Shown in pieces: positions 52,700 through 64,000 of a stretch of 64,000 nucleotides of DNA. The stretch comes from Octopus sinensis (Eukaryota), in contig NC_043008.1 in assembly GCF_006345805.1 (NCBI RefSeq), positions 50,282,001 through 50,346,000 of the forward strand. Reading direction: 5' to 3'. Within the stretch, counting starts at the first letter, position 1, and each line of letters begins with the position of its first letter. Below the pieces are notes generated by a model. It was not told where the DNA came from. It did no database searches and saw nothing but the letters and a program-made list of their open reading frames with translations. The position numbers were made by a program, and so were the translations under genes.

Positions 52700-54616
52700 G
52701 GTTCAGTCCCACATCGCAGACCAGAGTTTGGACTAATGTTGTGCTCAGTCACATAATCTGTTGAATAATTTCTGGAGGTGAGTGTCATATCTGTAAAGAT
52801 GTTTTATTTCACAAAGTTTAATTGCATTTTTGGTTTCGTTTATGTAAATAATAAATAGAAGTGGACCTAACACATAACCTTGCAGAACGATACCACTAAT
52901 GACATCTGGAGTAAATTCTGTCAACCACAATGTGTTGGGTTGTGCTTGTCAGAAAACATTTACTCTACTGCAGTGGCTGACCACAGACTCTGATGTTGGA
53001 TTATTTCTTTTTTAACATGCTGTGGTTGACTCTGTTGAAAGCTTTACTGCAATCAAGATGAATGCCATGTGTGTTGGAGATGTTTGGCAGGGCATTTGAA
53101 ATGTCACCAAGCTGGTACAATAGCTTCGTTAGGCAGTCTCTGCCACCAAGTAAACCATGATGGTTGTGGTCTTGGTCAGTCAGGGGAAAACTGGCCTGTG
53201 ATGCTCTCTGAATGGGGACCACCTAATTTCATGATCGAAAATAACGTTTATTCATATTTTGTTTAAATTCTCATTCCATTCTTACCTGTTCACACAATCA
53301 CACACACACTTTCTCTCTCTCTCTTTCACTCTAAAAGGTTGAGGGAAGCTGGTATCAAAGAAAGGTGGCGAGCTGGCAGAAACGTTAGCACGCCGGGCGA
53401 AATGCTTTGTGGTATTTCGTCTGCCGTTACGTTCTGAATTCAAATTCCGCCGAGGTCGACTTTGCCTTTCATCCTTTCGGGGTCGATTAAATATGTACCA
53501 GTTACGCACTGGGGTCGGTATAATTGACTTAATCCGTTTGTCTGTCCTTGTTTGTCCTCTCTGTGTTTAGCCCCTTGTGGGTAGTAAAGAAATAGGTATC
53601 AAAGAGGAATAATTATTACATGCTTGACATCCCTTATTACACCTGTTGCATTGTGGGTACCTCCCTTGTTGTCTTTTAAATATGGGCTCAAATCTAAATT
53701 AGCACCTGCAGCCTGCTTGATGATAAACCCTGTATCATGTGGCGTGTTTCTCAAAAAAGGTTGCCCATGCCCAGATGTTTTCTCTTTCGAAGGGGCAGAT
53801 TTTTTCAAATTTCACTTCCCTTTTCAACACTTTAATAATACGAGAATTTAGTGAGATCTGACAGTAATTGATTGTGATTGATTTATTTCCCTTTTTAAAT
53901 TTGGAAATTACAGACAGGGATGGAAAAGGTTTGGAAATAAAACTAGAGTCCAGTGATTTGGTCCCAAGATTAGCAAGAAGAAATCCCAAGATGATGTTTG
54001 CATTCCTTCAGAATACTATCAGGGCCCACTGATGGATTGATTTTAATTTTATGAATTGCAGCAATGATGTCTGCAGTGTTGGAAAGTTACTTCAGGGAGG
54101 ATAGGTTAAGGATTTATTTTATAGATACTACCTGAGCCAACTGCATCAGGATCGGTAAAAAGAGAGCAGTATTGCTTCTTTATAATCTTTGCTATTTGTC
54201 TGGTGTTGTTGTGAAGAATGTTGTCTTCATCAGTCAGTGGACCAATGGATGAAAAAAGTAGTTAGAATTTTTTTGTGAATGAATAGAAGGCTTTGGGATT
54301 GTGTCCAATTTTCATGATGGCCCAGTTTTCATAAGCATCCCTTTGACCATTAATGACAGATGCCATTCAGTTCTGAAAATGTTTTTTACAATTCTAGTAT
54401 TGTTGTTGCTATGACAAATGGAAGCTGCTGATAGCAGTATTTTTTAGTTTGTTTTTTCTTTTGTTCTCTTTATTTTCCTGGTGAATGTTTTTCCCTCTCT
54501 CAAGAGTTTGCATTTGTTTTTGCTCATGGGTCTGATGGAGTGTAGTTTGCACAGTTACCTTGTATGCAGGCAACTGTGTCCTCATAAAGCTGCCAACGCA
54601 CTTTGATATTAGATGA

Positions 54617-54648
<32 letters not shown>

Positions 54649-55500
54649 AAGATTAGTCAACCAGCAATAACTCATACATTCCATTTGATATAGATCTGTG
54701 TTGCCAAATGGTTGTGTTGGAGGTGGGGGTCATCAATTTTATCTCATACATGGAGGTGGAAAGATGATGCTACAGAAAAACTCTACAAGAGTTGTTTTTC
54801 TTCAATGATGGTGTTATGAATTGTGTTAGCAATGGTTACTCATTATGGGGTCCAAAGCACTTTTGTTGCGTTTCGTTGGTTCAAGCACAAATTGGGACAA
54901 GAAAAAAGCAATCATTTATAAATTCGTAAAGTGTCTCTACTGCAGCTTTGTCTAAGATTATGACACAAATCTCCAGTTTTCAGGTTGACTAATTTGGAGA
55001 TCAAAGATTGAATCAGCCGTCATTAATCCGTTACCAGAGTTGCATTAATCGATGATAAATTTAATTTTAGGGAATTAAACTAGGAAGCAGAGTGCCTCCA
55101 AAGGATTGAATAAAAAAAAAAAACACCCTGGACAATCTCTGGTTTGAGGTATAGACATCTGTGGGAGTAAAAATGAAACTGAAATAATTGGATGGGGGGA
55201 ATACAAAAATAGAGTCGTGTATTCTGAGTGACCGAAAGAAATTTGTAAATAAATGTTTAAAAGTCAACGAGCTAATTAGCAAATCAGAAATCTCTATAAG
55301 AGATGAGAGTAGTAGCCATATTGAAAAGTAATGTTTATCCCCTCTTAAACGTGACTGTTCGGTAGGAACCAAAGTTACTATCATTTTTAACCCCAGGAGG
55401 AGGAGTCCTCCAGCTGGTTATTTGATGCAAACTGCATCTGATAGTTATTGCAAGGGGAGTGAACTCCTACGATCTTCTAGGCACCAGATGGTATGGTCTC
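52700..55500 (-). mobile_element. Highly decayed CR1/L2-like LINE (RT region), interrupted by a SINE
   Basis: Minus fragments GPDSILKEC, KFKKGNKSITINYCQISLNS, IHLDCSKAFNRVNH, SGIVLQGYVLGPLLFIIYINE. The 5' extent beyond ~54400 is tentative. Confidence 0.65.
53362..53594 (+). mobile_element. Young SINE family A copy with 11-bp TSD
   Basis: TSD GGTATCAAAGA at 53351-53361 and 53595-53605; most CpGs retained. Confidence 0.9.
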
Positions 55501-55898
55501 GACCTCTTTGTGGTTATCCTTGGTGGTGGATAGCTTGCAATCTATAGAGATTTTCTGACGAGCTAATTTGTTTGTAGAAAGATCAGTGATTGTGTGTCAC
55601 GTGGTTTCATCAGTCCTTAGAGAGCAGGAATTTGATGAAAGTTGTTCTAGCTGTTACGATCTAATTTTGGATGGGTTTTTGCTATTTTTCGTAATTATTG
55701 AGAAATACAATATCAAATATCTCCCACTTCTTTTTACAGACTACAAAATGTTTAGTTTGACTGCTATTTCTAGCATATCGAGCCATCATGCCATAAACTG
55801 CATATAAAGATAAAAATTCGAAGTTACTTCCCTTGCACCATTTACCCCTCCCCCTTTCTCTCTCTCCACACATAAATATACATGCATATTTCATACAT

Positions 55899-56180
55899 GT
55901 GGAGGCGCAATGGCCTAGTGGTTAGAGTAGCGGACTCGCGGTTTCGATTCCCAGACTGGGCGTTGTGAGTGTTTATTGAGCGAAAACACCTAAAAGCTCC
56001 ACGAGGCTCCGGCAGGGGGTGGTGGCGATCCCTGCTGTACTCTTTCACCACTCTTTCTTCTGTTGGCCTGCTTGCTTAGCCAGCGGGGTGGCGTCATTCG
56101 AAGGCTAAAACAATGCGAACGCATTGTGACCAGCGATGTGTAACAACATCTGATGGTCTGGTCGGTCATGTGATCACGTG
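55899..56180 (+). mobile_element. Full-length tRNA-derived SINE (OR-like head, tail Y) with 11-bp TSD
   Basis: TSD ATTTCATACAT at 55888-55898 and 56181-56191; A/B boxes present. Confidence 0.88.
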
Positions 56181-56469
56181 ATTTCATACATATTTCTGTA
56201 TAGACTCATTAAAATACGTACATGTCAATACTTGAATATATTTACATACGTCCATACCAAAGGCACTGCTACCAGATTCTGTTTTTCTGTGCACGATTCC
56301 TTTCAGTTTCATTTTATCTTCTTCCCTCCTTTCTTAAATGACAAAGGATTTAGATTATAAATTTGTGCTCTGAACCAATGTTAACAGATTAATTTCATAA
56401 AAACACAGCTGAACTGAAAAGATTGTTAAGAAATTAAGATATGAATTTGTGTGTGCGCGTGCGCATACT

Positions 56470-56855
56470 TATATACGTTTGCTTATACATACATGCATGC
56501 ATACATACATACATACATATATACACACACATACATACACACACATACATACACACACATACATACATACACACACATAGATACATTCATACATACATAC
56601 ATACACATACATACATACACACATACATAACATACATACACACACGCATACATACATACACACACATACATACATTCATACATACACACACACACACATA
56701 CATACACACTACATCATACATACATACATACATACATACATACATACATACATACATACATACATACATACATACATACATACATACATACATACATACA
56801 CACACACATACATACATACATACACACATACATACATACATACATACATATACAT
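56470..56855. repeat. (ACAT)n/(AC)n microsatellite block
   Basis: Visible directly. Confidence 0.9.
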
Positions 56856-57393
56856 GCCTTTTTTTTGTCTTTCTACAATAGTCACAAAGCCTGGAATATA
56901 TTGAGAAGAGGCCTTACATGACTTGGTCACGTGTTGCATGCTTTCCCAATCGTTTTAAGTGCATATGGAAGTACCATCTCGGGCTCCCCCGCCTTTGACC
57001 GATCAAATACATCCCGAATATGACAACTGGAGAAAGAGAGAAAGGTGGGACAGACAAACAGACACAGAGAGTAGCAGACACTTGTCCAAAGTGCCACGCA
57101 GTGGGACTGAACCCGGAACAATGTTATATAAATATGCGTCAGTATGTACGCGTGCATGGCCCCCATTTTATTTCCAGTAAAATCGGAATCCACGATATCT
57201 GAAAGATATTTGCAGAAAATTTCATTCAGAAACTGCATTTTCCCGAAACTTAAGAGGGAAATGTTGGCGGTGGGGGTCACACTTGTGTAGGCATGACAAA
57301 ATATTTCTTTTCGCTAGCGACTCGTCTCGTTACGACAATATTTTTCTTACTTGTCAGAAAGAGAGACAAATATAAGTATTTAAAAAAAAAACG

Positions 57394-57647
57394 GGTACTA
57401 CTTAAGAAGAGTGGTCCCGGTGCGCGCACTCGCGCATTCGCGCTAGCTAGTCGCGACTAGTCGATCCTACAACGACTACCTAACAATGTAAATAAAACAC
57501 AAAATAAATAATTTTTTTTACACAAAGTAAATAATTGTTTAAAACAAAGTAAATAAAACAAAAATACAAAGTAAGGATCGACTAGTCACGACTAGCTAGG
57601 CGGATGCGCGAGTGCGCGCACCGGGACCACTCTTCTTAACTAGTACC
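57394..57647. mobile_element. MITE with 77-bp CpG-rich TIRs and AT-rich core
   Basis: 57394-57470 vs 57571-57647 are near-perfect reverse complements; TTAA at 57402-57405 and 57636-57639. Confidence 0.85.
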
Positions 57648-59129
57648 AAAAAACCGAACAGATGATATTAAAAACGTGACTTCAATTTGAATTGGTTTTA
57701 AGATTTTAGTCACACAGTCGTTTCAGTTCTTTGAAAATTGTGTTACCAATTCAATCAGATCGAATACTGATTTCTACCCTCCACCCTTATAACGGAGATG
57801 GAAAATGTGTGAGAGAGTCGGAATGAGATAGACACAACTTGAGATCGAAACTGAATTGGTAAGAGACGTTTTAATTCTCCGTTATAAAACACAACGATTG
57901 CTATACACGAATTAACATAACATAACAAGGTTATTACAAAGATGTGTAAAAGAACTTCATGGTTAGGCCGGACTGTTAATGTTGTAAGGCATAGCTGAGG
58001 TACGGTTGGTGGTTTGTGGCACTGGATTATGCGGTCCTTGGTGAAGTATTTATGGGAAAAAGATGAGATGATCGAAGTCCTTTGGTCGTGTTTCTGGATC
58101 AAAGCAAACCTGACAGCTGAACATTTCATACAGTAACGGAAAGAAAATAGATTAAAAAGTACAAATAAAGAAAATAATAGTCAGGAAAATTCAAAATATT
58201 CTAAGGCACTTTTGTTCATTAAAATAATAATAATAACAATAATAATAATGACAATGATGATGATGATGATAATAATAATAATAATAATAATAAAATAATA
58301 ATAAAACAATTTTCCTGCCACTTCTGTAAAATACACAAAAGAGTGTAATTGTTCAATGAAATATATATGGGCGTAACTCGATATACGTCGTTTCGTGACA
58401 CAGCTTTTACGATTTTCACCGTTTTTTTTCAAAAAAGAAATTAATGGAAAACAATAAACCTCAACTTTAGTCATTTATTCAACTTTTCGTCGATATCAGC
58501 GAATATATTTAGTAAAAACAATTTTAAGTCAGAAATCAAATAAGATATATACAAACCATTTATCAAAAGATATTTACTAATAAATTTTTTTAATGTTTTT
58601 TCATGTTCAGACGTATTTTGGGAAAATTACCGACGTAATTTGAGGTATACCCGATATTGTGTCAGGGGAAATAACTAAAGATTTCTTGAAAAATTATATG
58701 AGGAGTTATTTCCCTTGACCTGTTTCAGCTCAATTTAAGATTTTTTGTGTGAATGTCAAAAAAATCTAATTATAGGTGTTTTTATATGTATGGGATATAT
58801 AATTTTTTTTTCTTGCAGCCGGTCGTTAAAACGGTGATAAGATTCTTTTGTTTAAGTCGAGAGAACTCTTGGAGTTTGCGGTTTACTTAATTGGTTGATG
58901 TATGCGTGTGTGTGTGTGCTGTACATTATGTACATCAGAATAAACGTGTGTTTGTGCGTGTGCGTATCAACGTCAGCCTATAACTGTTTATATGTATGCA
59001 TTTCATATGTATATGTGTGCTTTTGTGCCTGTGTTCTATGTATGTACGTTCTTTTTAATTATCTAAATTCTTTCTCTGAGGAAAGAGCGGGTTTCTAACA
59101 AAGATACAAAACTCCGTCGCTGGAATATA

Positions 59130-59355
59130 TATTTCTTTACTGCTCACAAGGGGCTAAACATAGAAGGGACAAACAAGGACAGACGAAGGGATTGAGTCGA
59201 TTATATCGTCCCCAGTGCGAAACTGGTACTTTATTCATCGACCCCGAAAGGATGAAAGGCAAAGTTGACCTCGGCGGAATTTGAACTCAGAACGTAACGA
59301 CAGACGAAATACTTCTAAGCATTTCGCCCGGCGCGCTAACGTGTCTGCCAGCTCG
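59130..59355 (-). mobile_element. Young SINE family A copy with 16-bp TSD
   Basis: TSD CCGTCGCTGGAATATA at 59114-59129 and 59356-59371. Confidence 0.88.
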
Positions 59356-59761
59356 CCGTCGCTGGAATATAGAAAACGAAAACAACGTCACATTTTAAAC
59401 CTGAGAAAAGTCTTGCATACTTTTACTGTTCCACTTACAGGCTGGATATATAATGTGCGAATCAGTTGGTTGATTTCTTTCAGTTGTATGTATGCGTGTG
59501 TGTGCGTGCACATGCCTTTATTTGTATGCGTGTGCGTTTGTGTACGTGCGCGCATATGCTCGGGTATGTGTCTGTCTCTCAAAGAGACAATTAAAAGATA
59601 TGTCATTCATACAATTATTAATTAATTATAACTCACTATAAGCGGCGTAACTAATTGAGGAGCTAGGGGAGCGACCGTTTTCTTCATGCACACATTTTTG
59701 AAAATAGGCGCTTTTCCAACATTTAAAAAAAAACTCTTTTAATTACTCTTTACTTTTTTAA

Positions 59762-59937
59762 CTCTTTTACTTGTTTCAGTCATTTGACTGTGGCCGTGCT
59801 GGAGCATCGCCTTTAGTCGAGCAAAGGACTTATTCTTTGTAAGCCTAGTACTTATTCTGTCGTTCTCTTTTGCCGAACCACTAGGTGACGGGGACGTAAA
59901 CACACCAGCATCGGTTGTCAAGCGATGTTGGGGGGAC

Positions 59938-59973
<36 letters not shown>

Positions 59974-60452
59974 TACATACATACATACATAGGACGGGCT
60001 TCTTTCAGTTTCCGTCTACCAAATCCACTCACAAAGCTTTGGTCGGCCCGAGGTTATAGTAGAAACCCAGGACCATGAGGTTGAACCTCATGGTCTTGGG
60101 TTCAGTCCCACTGCGTGGCACATTGGCAAGTGCCTTCTACTATATATAGCTTCGGGGCGACCAAAGCTTTGTGAGTGGATCTGGTAGGCGGAAACTGAAA
60201 GAAGCCCGTCACACACACACATATATATACACACACACACACGTTTGTGTGTCTGTGTTCCCCGCCCCCCATCGCTTGACAACCGATGTTGGTGTGTTTA
60301 TGTCCCCGTAACTTAGCGGTTCGGCAAAAGGGACTAAATAGAATAAGTACTAGGCTTACAAAGAGTAACTCCTTCGATCGATTTCTTCGACTAAATGCGG
60401 TGCTCCAGCACGGCCGCAGTCAAATGACTGAAATAAATAAAAAATTAAAAGA
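59762..60452. mobile_element. Head-to-head inverted pair of SINE family B copies (fold-back)
   Basis: Minus copy 59762-60082 and plus copy 60084-60452, joined at the palindrome AACCCAGGACCATGAGGTT-G-AACCTCATGGTCTTGGGTT. Confidence 0.85.
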
Positions 60453-60686
60453 ATATGTGTCACGGCCCCTTTTTTGTGTATGTGTTCGCTCCCTCTAACT
60501 TTCGAACCTTGCTACACTTCTGCTAACACTTGACTACGCCTATTGTCGACTTCCCCTAGGTTCTAGGTGTCGTATCGTGCTACCTTGACCCTTCCTTCCC
60601 GATCCTTTGCCAACCTCCAAAAACCCTTCTCTTCTTTCGCTTTCTTTTCCCCTTCACTCGGCCCCCCCACCTTTGCTTGGGTCTCT

Positions 60687-60745
<59 letters not shown>

Positions 60746-61053
60746 GCTGTCTCCCTTCTTCCGTTCTTAACTCTTCTCTCCTCTTCGTTCACATCATAAA
60801 TACTTCGTCTCTTTGGTATTTCCTTTCACTTTCTCCTCCACATTTTCTATGAACTAAACATCGACCATAAACGGTTTGTCTTTTACTAGTTTCAGTTTAT
60901 TCGGGTGCGGCCACGCTATAGTAACTCCTTGAAGGGTCTATTCGAGCAAATAGACCCCCAATGCTTCTTTTTGCTAAGGCTCATACTTATTCTATCGGTC
61001 TCTCACAATACCGATTGTGAAGCCGATGTTGATGGTGGGGGGGGGGAACAAAC

Positions 61054-61095
<42 letters not shown>

Positions 61096-61550
61096 GAATG
61101 AAAGAACGAACGGGCAAACAACTGGTATCACTTTAGAGTATGGAATTTGTATATTTAACCATAATTCCTGTCTGTTTTATACACTCACAGAAATCTGGTC
61201 GGACCGAGGCTATATTAGAAAACATTTGCCCAGGGTGGTACACGGAGGAAAAAAAATGTCACAGTAATAAAGTCACAATTTTGGCTAGGAAAGAAAAGTC
61301 ACAATTAATTTATGATGTCCGGTAATAAAGTCACAGGAAAAAAAACTCACAATTAATTTATAGGATCCGGACAAAACCCCTGCGAACAACCAGCCCATCT
61401 CCAGACAAAAACCCCTGTGACTTTTTTTCCTGGATTCGCCACACGGTAAGATTGAACTCGGAACCATGTGGTTGAGAAGCAAACTTCTTACCATATAGCC
61501 ACCACGCCTGCGAATCGATTGACAGACAGATAGATAGATAGACAGATAGA

Positions 61551-61582
<32 letters not shown>

Positions 61583-62529
61583 TGGATGGATGGATGGATG
61601 GATGGACGGACGGACGGACAGATAGATGGCGATGCTATGGAAATGGAATTGGGGATTATTCAGTGCGCCCAAAGTAATTTCTTCGGTTCTTAAGAAGTCT
61701 ATCAAAAGAGTCTTTTAAAAAAAGATGACGGTGTTGTTTTTTATCATACACCCACGTTTTTCTGCAACTTTTCGGTTGTTACTGTCGTTTTGAAAAACTT
61801 TTCTCTTTCATGCTTTAAACATTTGAGATTATAATTATTCAAAAACACGTGAGACTTCTTAAAACATAAATCTGAGAAAAAGTTTTCGTAAAAACGTTGA
61901 AACTGAAAAATTACGTAAAAGAAGTGGATGGAATTCGCACGTTCTTCCCCAACAAGCTTTATTTTATTTTATTTTATTCAATTTATCCAATTTTATTGAA
62001 TTATGATTTACGATGCCTCAGATATTACACATCCGAAGAAATTATGGGTTTGGGCGCAGTAGATATTTATAATTTCCAACTTTACTCTCTAGGGACGCCT
62101 CTGTGCATGTGTGTGTGCGTGTGTATGTGTGTGTGTGTTTGTGTGTGTGTGCACGCGCGTGTATACACCACACACAGACGCCCGACGTACAACCACTACG
62201 CGGCTTCTGTCAGTTAACTCCACCCATAATGTACTGATCGACCTGTGGCCGAAGCAAAAGACACACGCCCAAGATAGAGTCTTGGGAAAATACCCAGAGG
62301 AAAAAAAAAAAAAACGGGAGGAACCACCTGCTGTTTTCTTACACGAAAATTCCATGACAAACACGAATTGATTATCAAAGAAGTCGTCAGTGTGGGAGGG
62401 GGGGGACTTTCTCTGCTTGACGAAACAAGAGAGTGACCCTCGTTTTTCATCTATCCATCTATCTATCTGGTGGTTAGGATTCCTGGGTTTCACCCAAGAA
62501 TTCCAGGTTCGATTACCGGCATGGGAATG

Positions 62530-62718
62530 CATATCTATCTATCCACCTACCTACCTACCTATACCTATCTACCTATCTATCTGTCTGTCTGTCTGTCTAT
62601 CAATCAATCTGTCTATCTATCTATCTATCTACCCACCTATCTATCTATCCACCTATCTATCTATCCACCTATCTATTTATCTATCCATCTATCTATTTAT
62701 CTATCCATCTATCTATCC

Positions 62719-62764
<46 letters not shown>

Positions 62765-62820
62765 ATATATATATATATATATATATATCTACCTACCTAC
62801 CTATTTACCTACGTATCTAC

Positions 62821-62857
<37 letters not shown>

Positions 62858-62880
62858 AATCTATATGCATACAACTATAT
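62530..62880. repeat. (ATCT/ACCT)n/(TA)n microsatellite block
   Basis: Visible directly. Confidence 0.9.
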
Positions 62881-63280
62881 ACACACACACACATGCAACA
62901 CAACACAACTAAGCACATAGAGGCAAAACAAGGTGGAAGAAATAATACTCGGAAACCAAAAATAAAGTAAAACATTTTTTAATTAAAGCACCACAAAAAT
63001 AGAATATAACAGTTTGTTAATGTTTTCAGCTTTCATAAAATGGGCTATATATATGTATGTGTATATATATATAACTGGAACTGTGTCAATGACCATGTTG
63101 CAGTTGGTGCAAGGAAAATTTTGACAGGCGATTATAATAAATGCAGACTTTGTGTTTGAATGGCTAATGGGTGTCCTGTACACTGTAATTGCTTTACTTT
63201 GAACTCACCGGCTTTGATCACATCACCTGCCTGACAAGTGCATAGCCAATATATATATATATATATATTGGCTATATATA

Positions 63281-63660
63281 GGCGCAGGAGTGGCTGTGTG
63301 GTAAGTAGCTTGCTTACCAACCACATGGTTCCGGGTTCAGTCCCACTGCGTGGCACCTTGGGTAAGTGTCTTCTACTATAGCCTCGGGCCGACCAAAGCC
63401 TTGTGAGTGGATTTGGTAGACAGAAACTGAAAGAAGCCTGTCGTATATATGTATATATATATGTGTGTGTATATGTTTGTGTGTCTGTATTTGTCCCCCT
63501 AGCATTGCTTGACAACCGATGCTGGTGTGTTTATGTCCCCGTCACTTAGCGGTTCAGCAAAAGAGACTGATAGAGTCCTGGGGTCAATTTGCTTGACTAA
63601 AGGCGATGCTCCAGCATGGCCACACTCAGGTGACTGAAACAAGTAAAAGAGTAAAGAGTA
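63281..63660 (+). mobile_element. SINE family B full-length copy
   Basis: GGCGCAGGAGTGGCTGTGTGGTAAG...GGTTCAGTCCC head; (GAGTAAA) tail. Confidence 0.88.
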
Positions 63661-63719
63661 TATATACATAAAGAGAAAGAGAAAGTTGTCTGGGGTCAGG
63701 CTCAAATGGCCAAAGGCAC

Positions 63720-63952
63720 TTATTGCAGCTTTTTTTCAACAAATTCTAATCAACAAAAGCAATAACAATATTTAACAAAAACATCTTTAAATGATGGTCT
63801 GACCGTCTGCCAAGCAAATGGGAAGCAGTAATTGAAGTAGATGGTGAATATGCTCCGGAAAAATCATTTAAAGATGTTTTTGTTACACGTTATTGTTTTT
63901 GTTGGATAAAATTTGTTGGAAAAAATCTGCAATAATTATGCACCAACCCAAT
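63720..63952. mobile_element. Mariner-derived MITE with long inverted arms
   Basis: Inverted arms around LPSKWEAVIEVDGEY (transposase C-terminus); ends ...TGCACCAACCCAATA. Confidence 0.6.
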
Positions 63953-63968
63953 ATATATATATATATAT

Positions 63969-64000
<32 letters not shown>

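Noticed and set aside
55899-55960. tRNA genes at SINE heads (also ~2660-2720, 44740-44805, 63281-63345)
   Set aside because: A/B boxes are present but there is no complete cloverleaf; each continues into a SINE body, some with TSDs.
63243-63274. Perfect 32-bp palindrome TAGCCAA(TA)9TTGGCTA
   Set aside because: Mostly self-complementary (TA)n with only 7 bp of unique flank; chance or SINE-insertion by-product.

Overview
Eukaryotic, AT-rich and repeat-dense window. The SINE/MITE families look like those of an octopus (Octopus sp.); this is inferred from repeat recognition only. Two spliced protein-coding genes were reconstructed by hand, facing each other tail-to-tail. (1) + strand, 43-9345: the last five coding exons (43-87, 1393-1502, 3931-4463, 6812-7038, 9007-9345; 417 aa, N-terminus upstream of the window) of a cation-type Cys-loop receptor subunit resembling nAChR alpha9/10. 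It keeps the loop A Tyr, loop B Trp and loop D Trp but has lost the whole canonical loop C (no vicinal Cys-Cys, both Tyr replaced, 2 aa shorter). (2) - strand, 38402-18203: a 10-exon, 509-aa secreted glycoside hydrolase family 9 (cellulase-type endoglucanase) with intact catalytic Asp/Asp/Glu, a Thr/Pro/basic stalk and no CBM. The terminal exon is the least certain. The rest is tRNA-derived SINEs, decayed LINEs (RTE, CR1/L2-like, R4-like), a Penelope-like remnant, a minimal hammerhead-like motif, mariner/hAT/piggyBac-like MITEs, several long fold-back palindromes and large microsatellites. Nearly all other ORFs in the supplied track are repeat artefacts. Repeat boundaries are approximate unless TIRs or TSDs are quoted.
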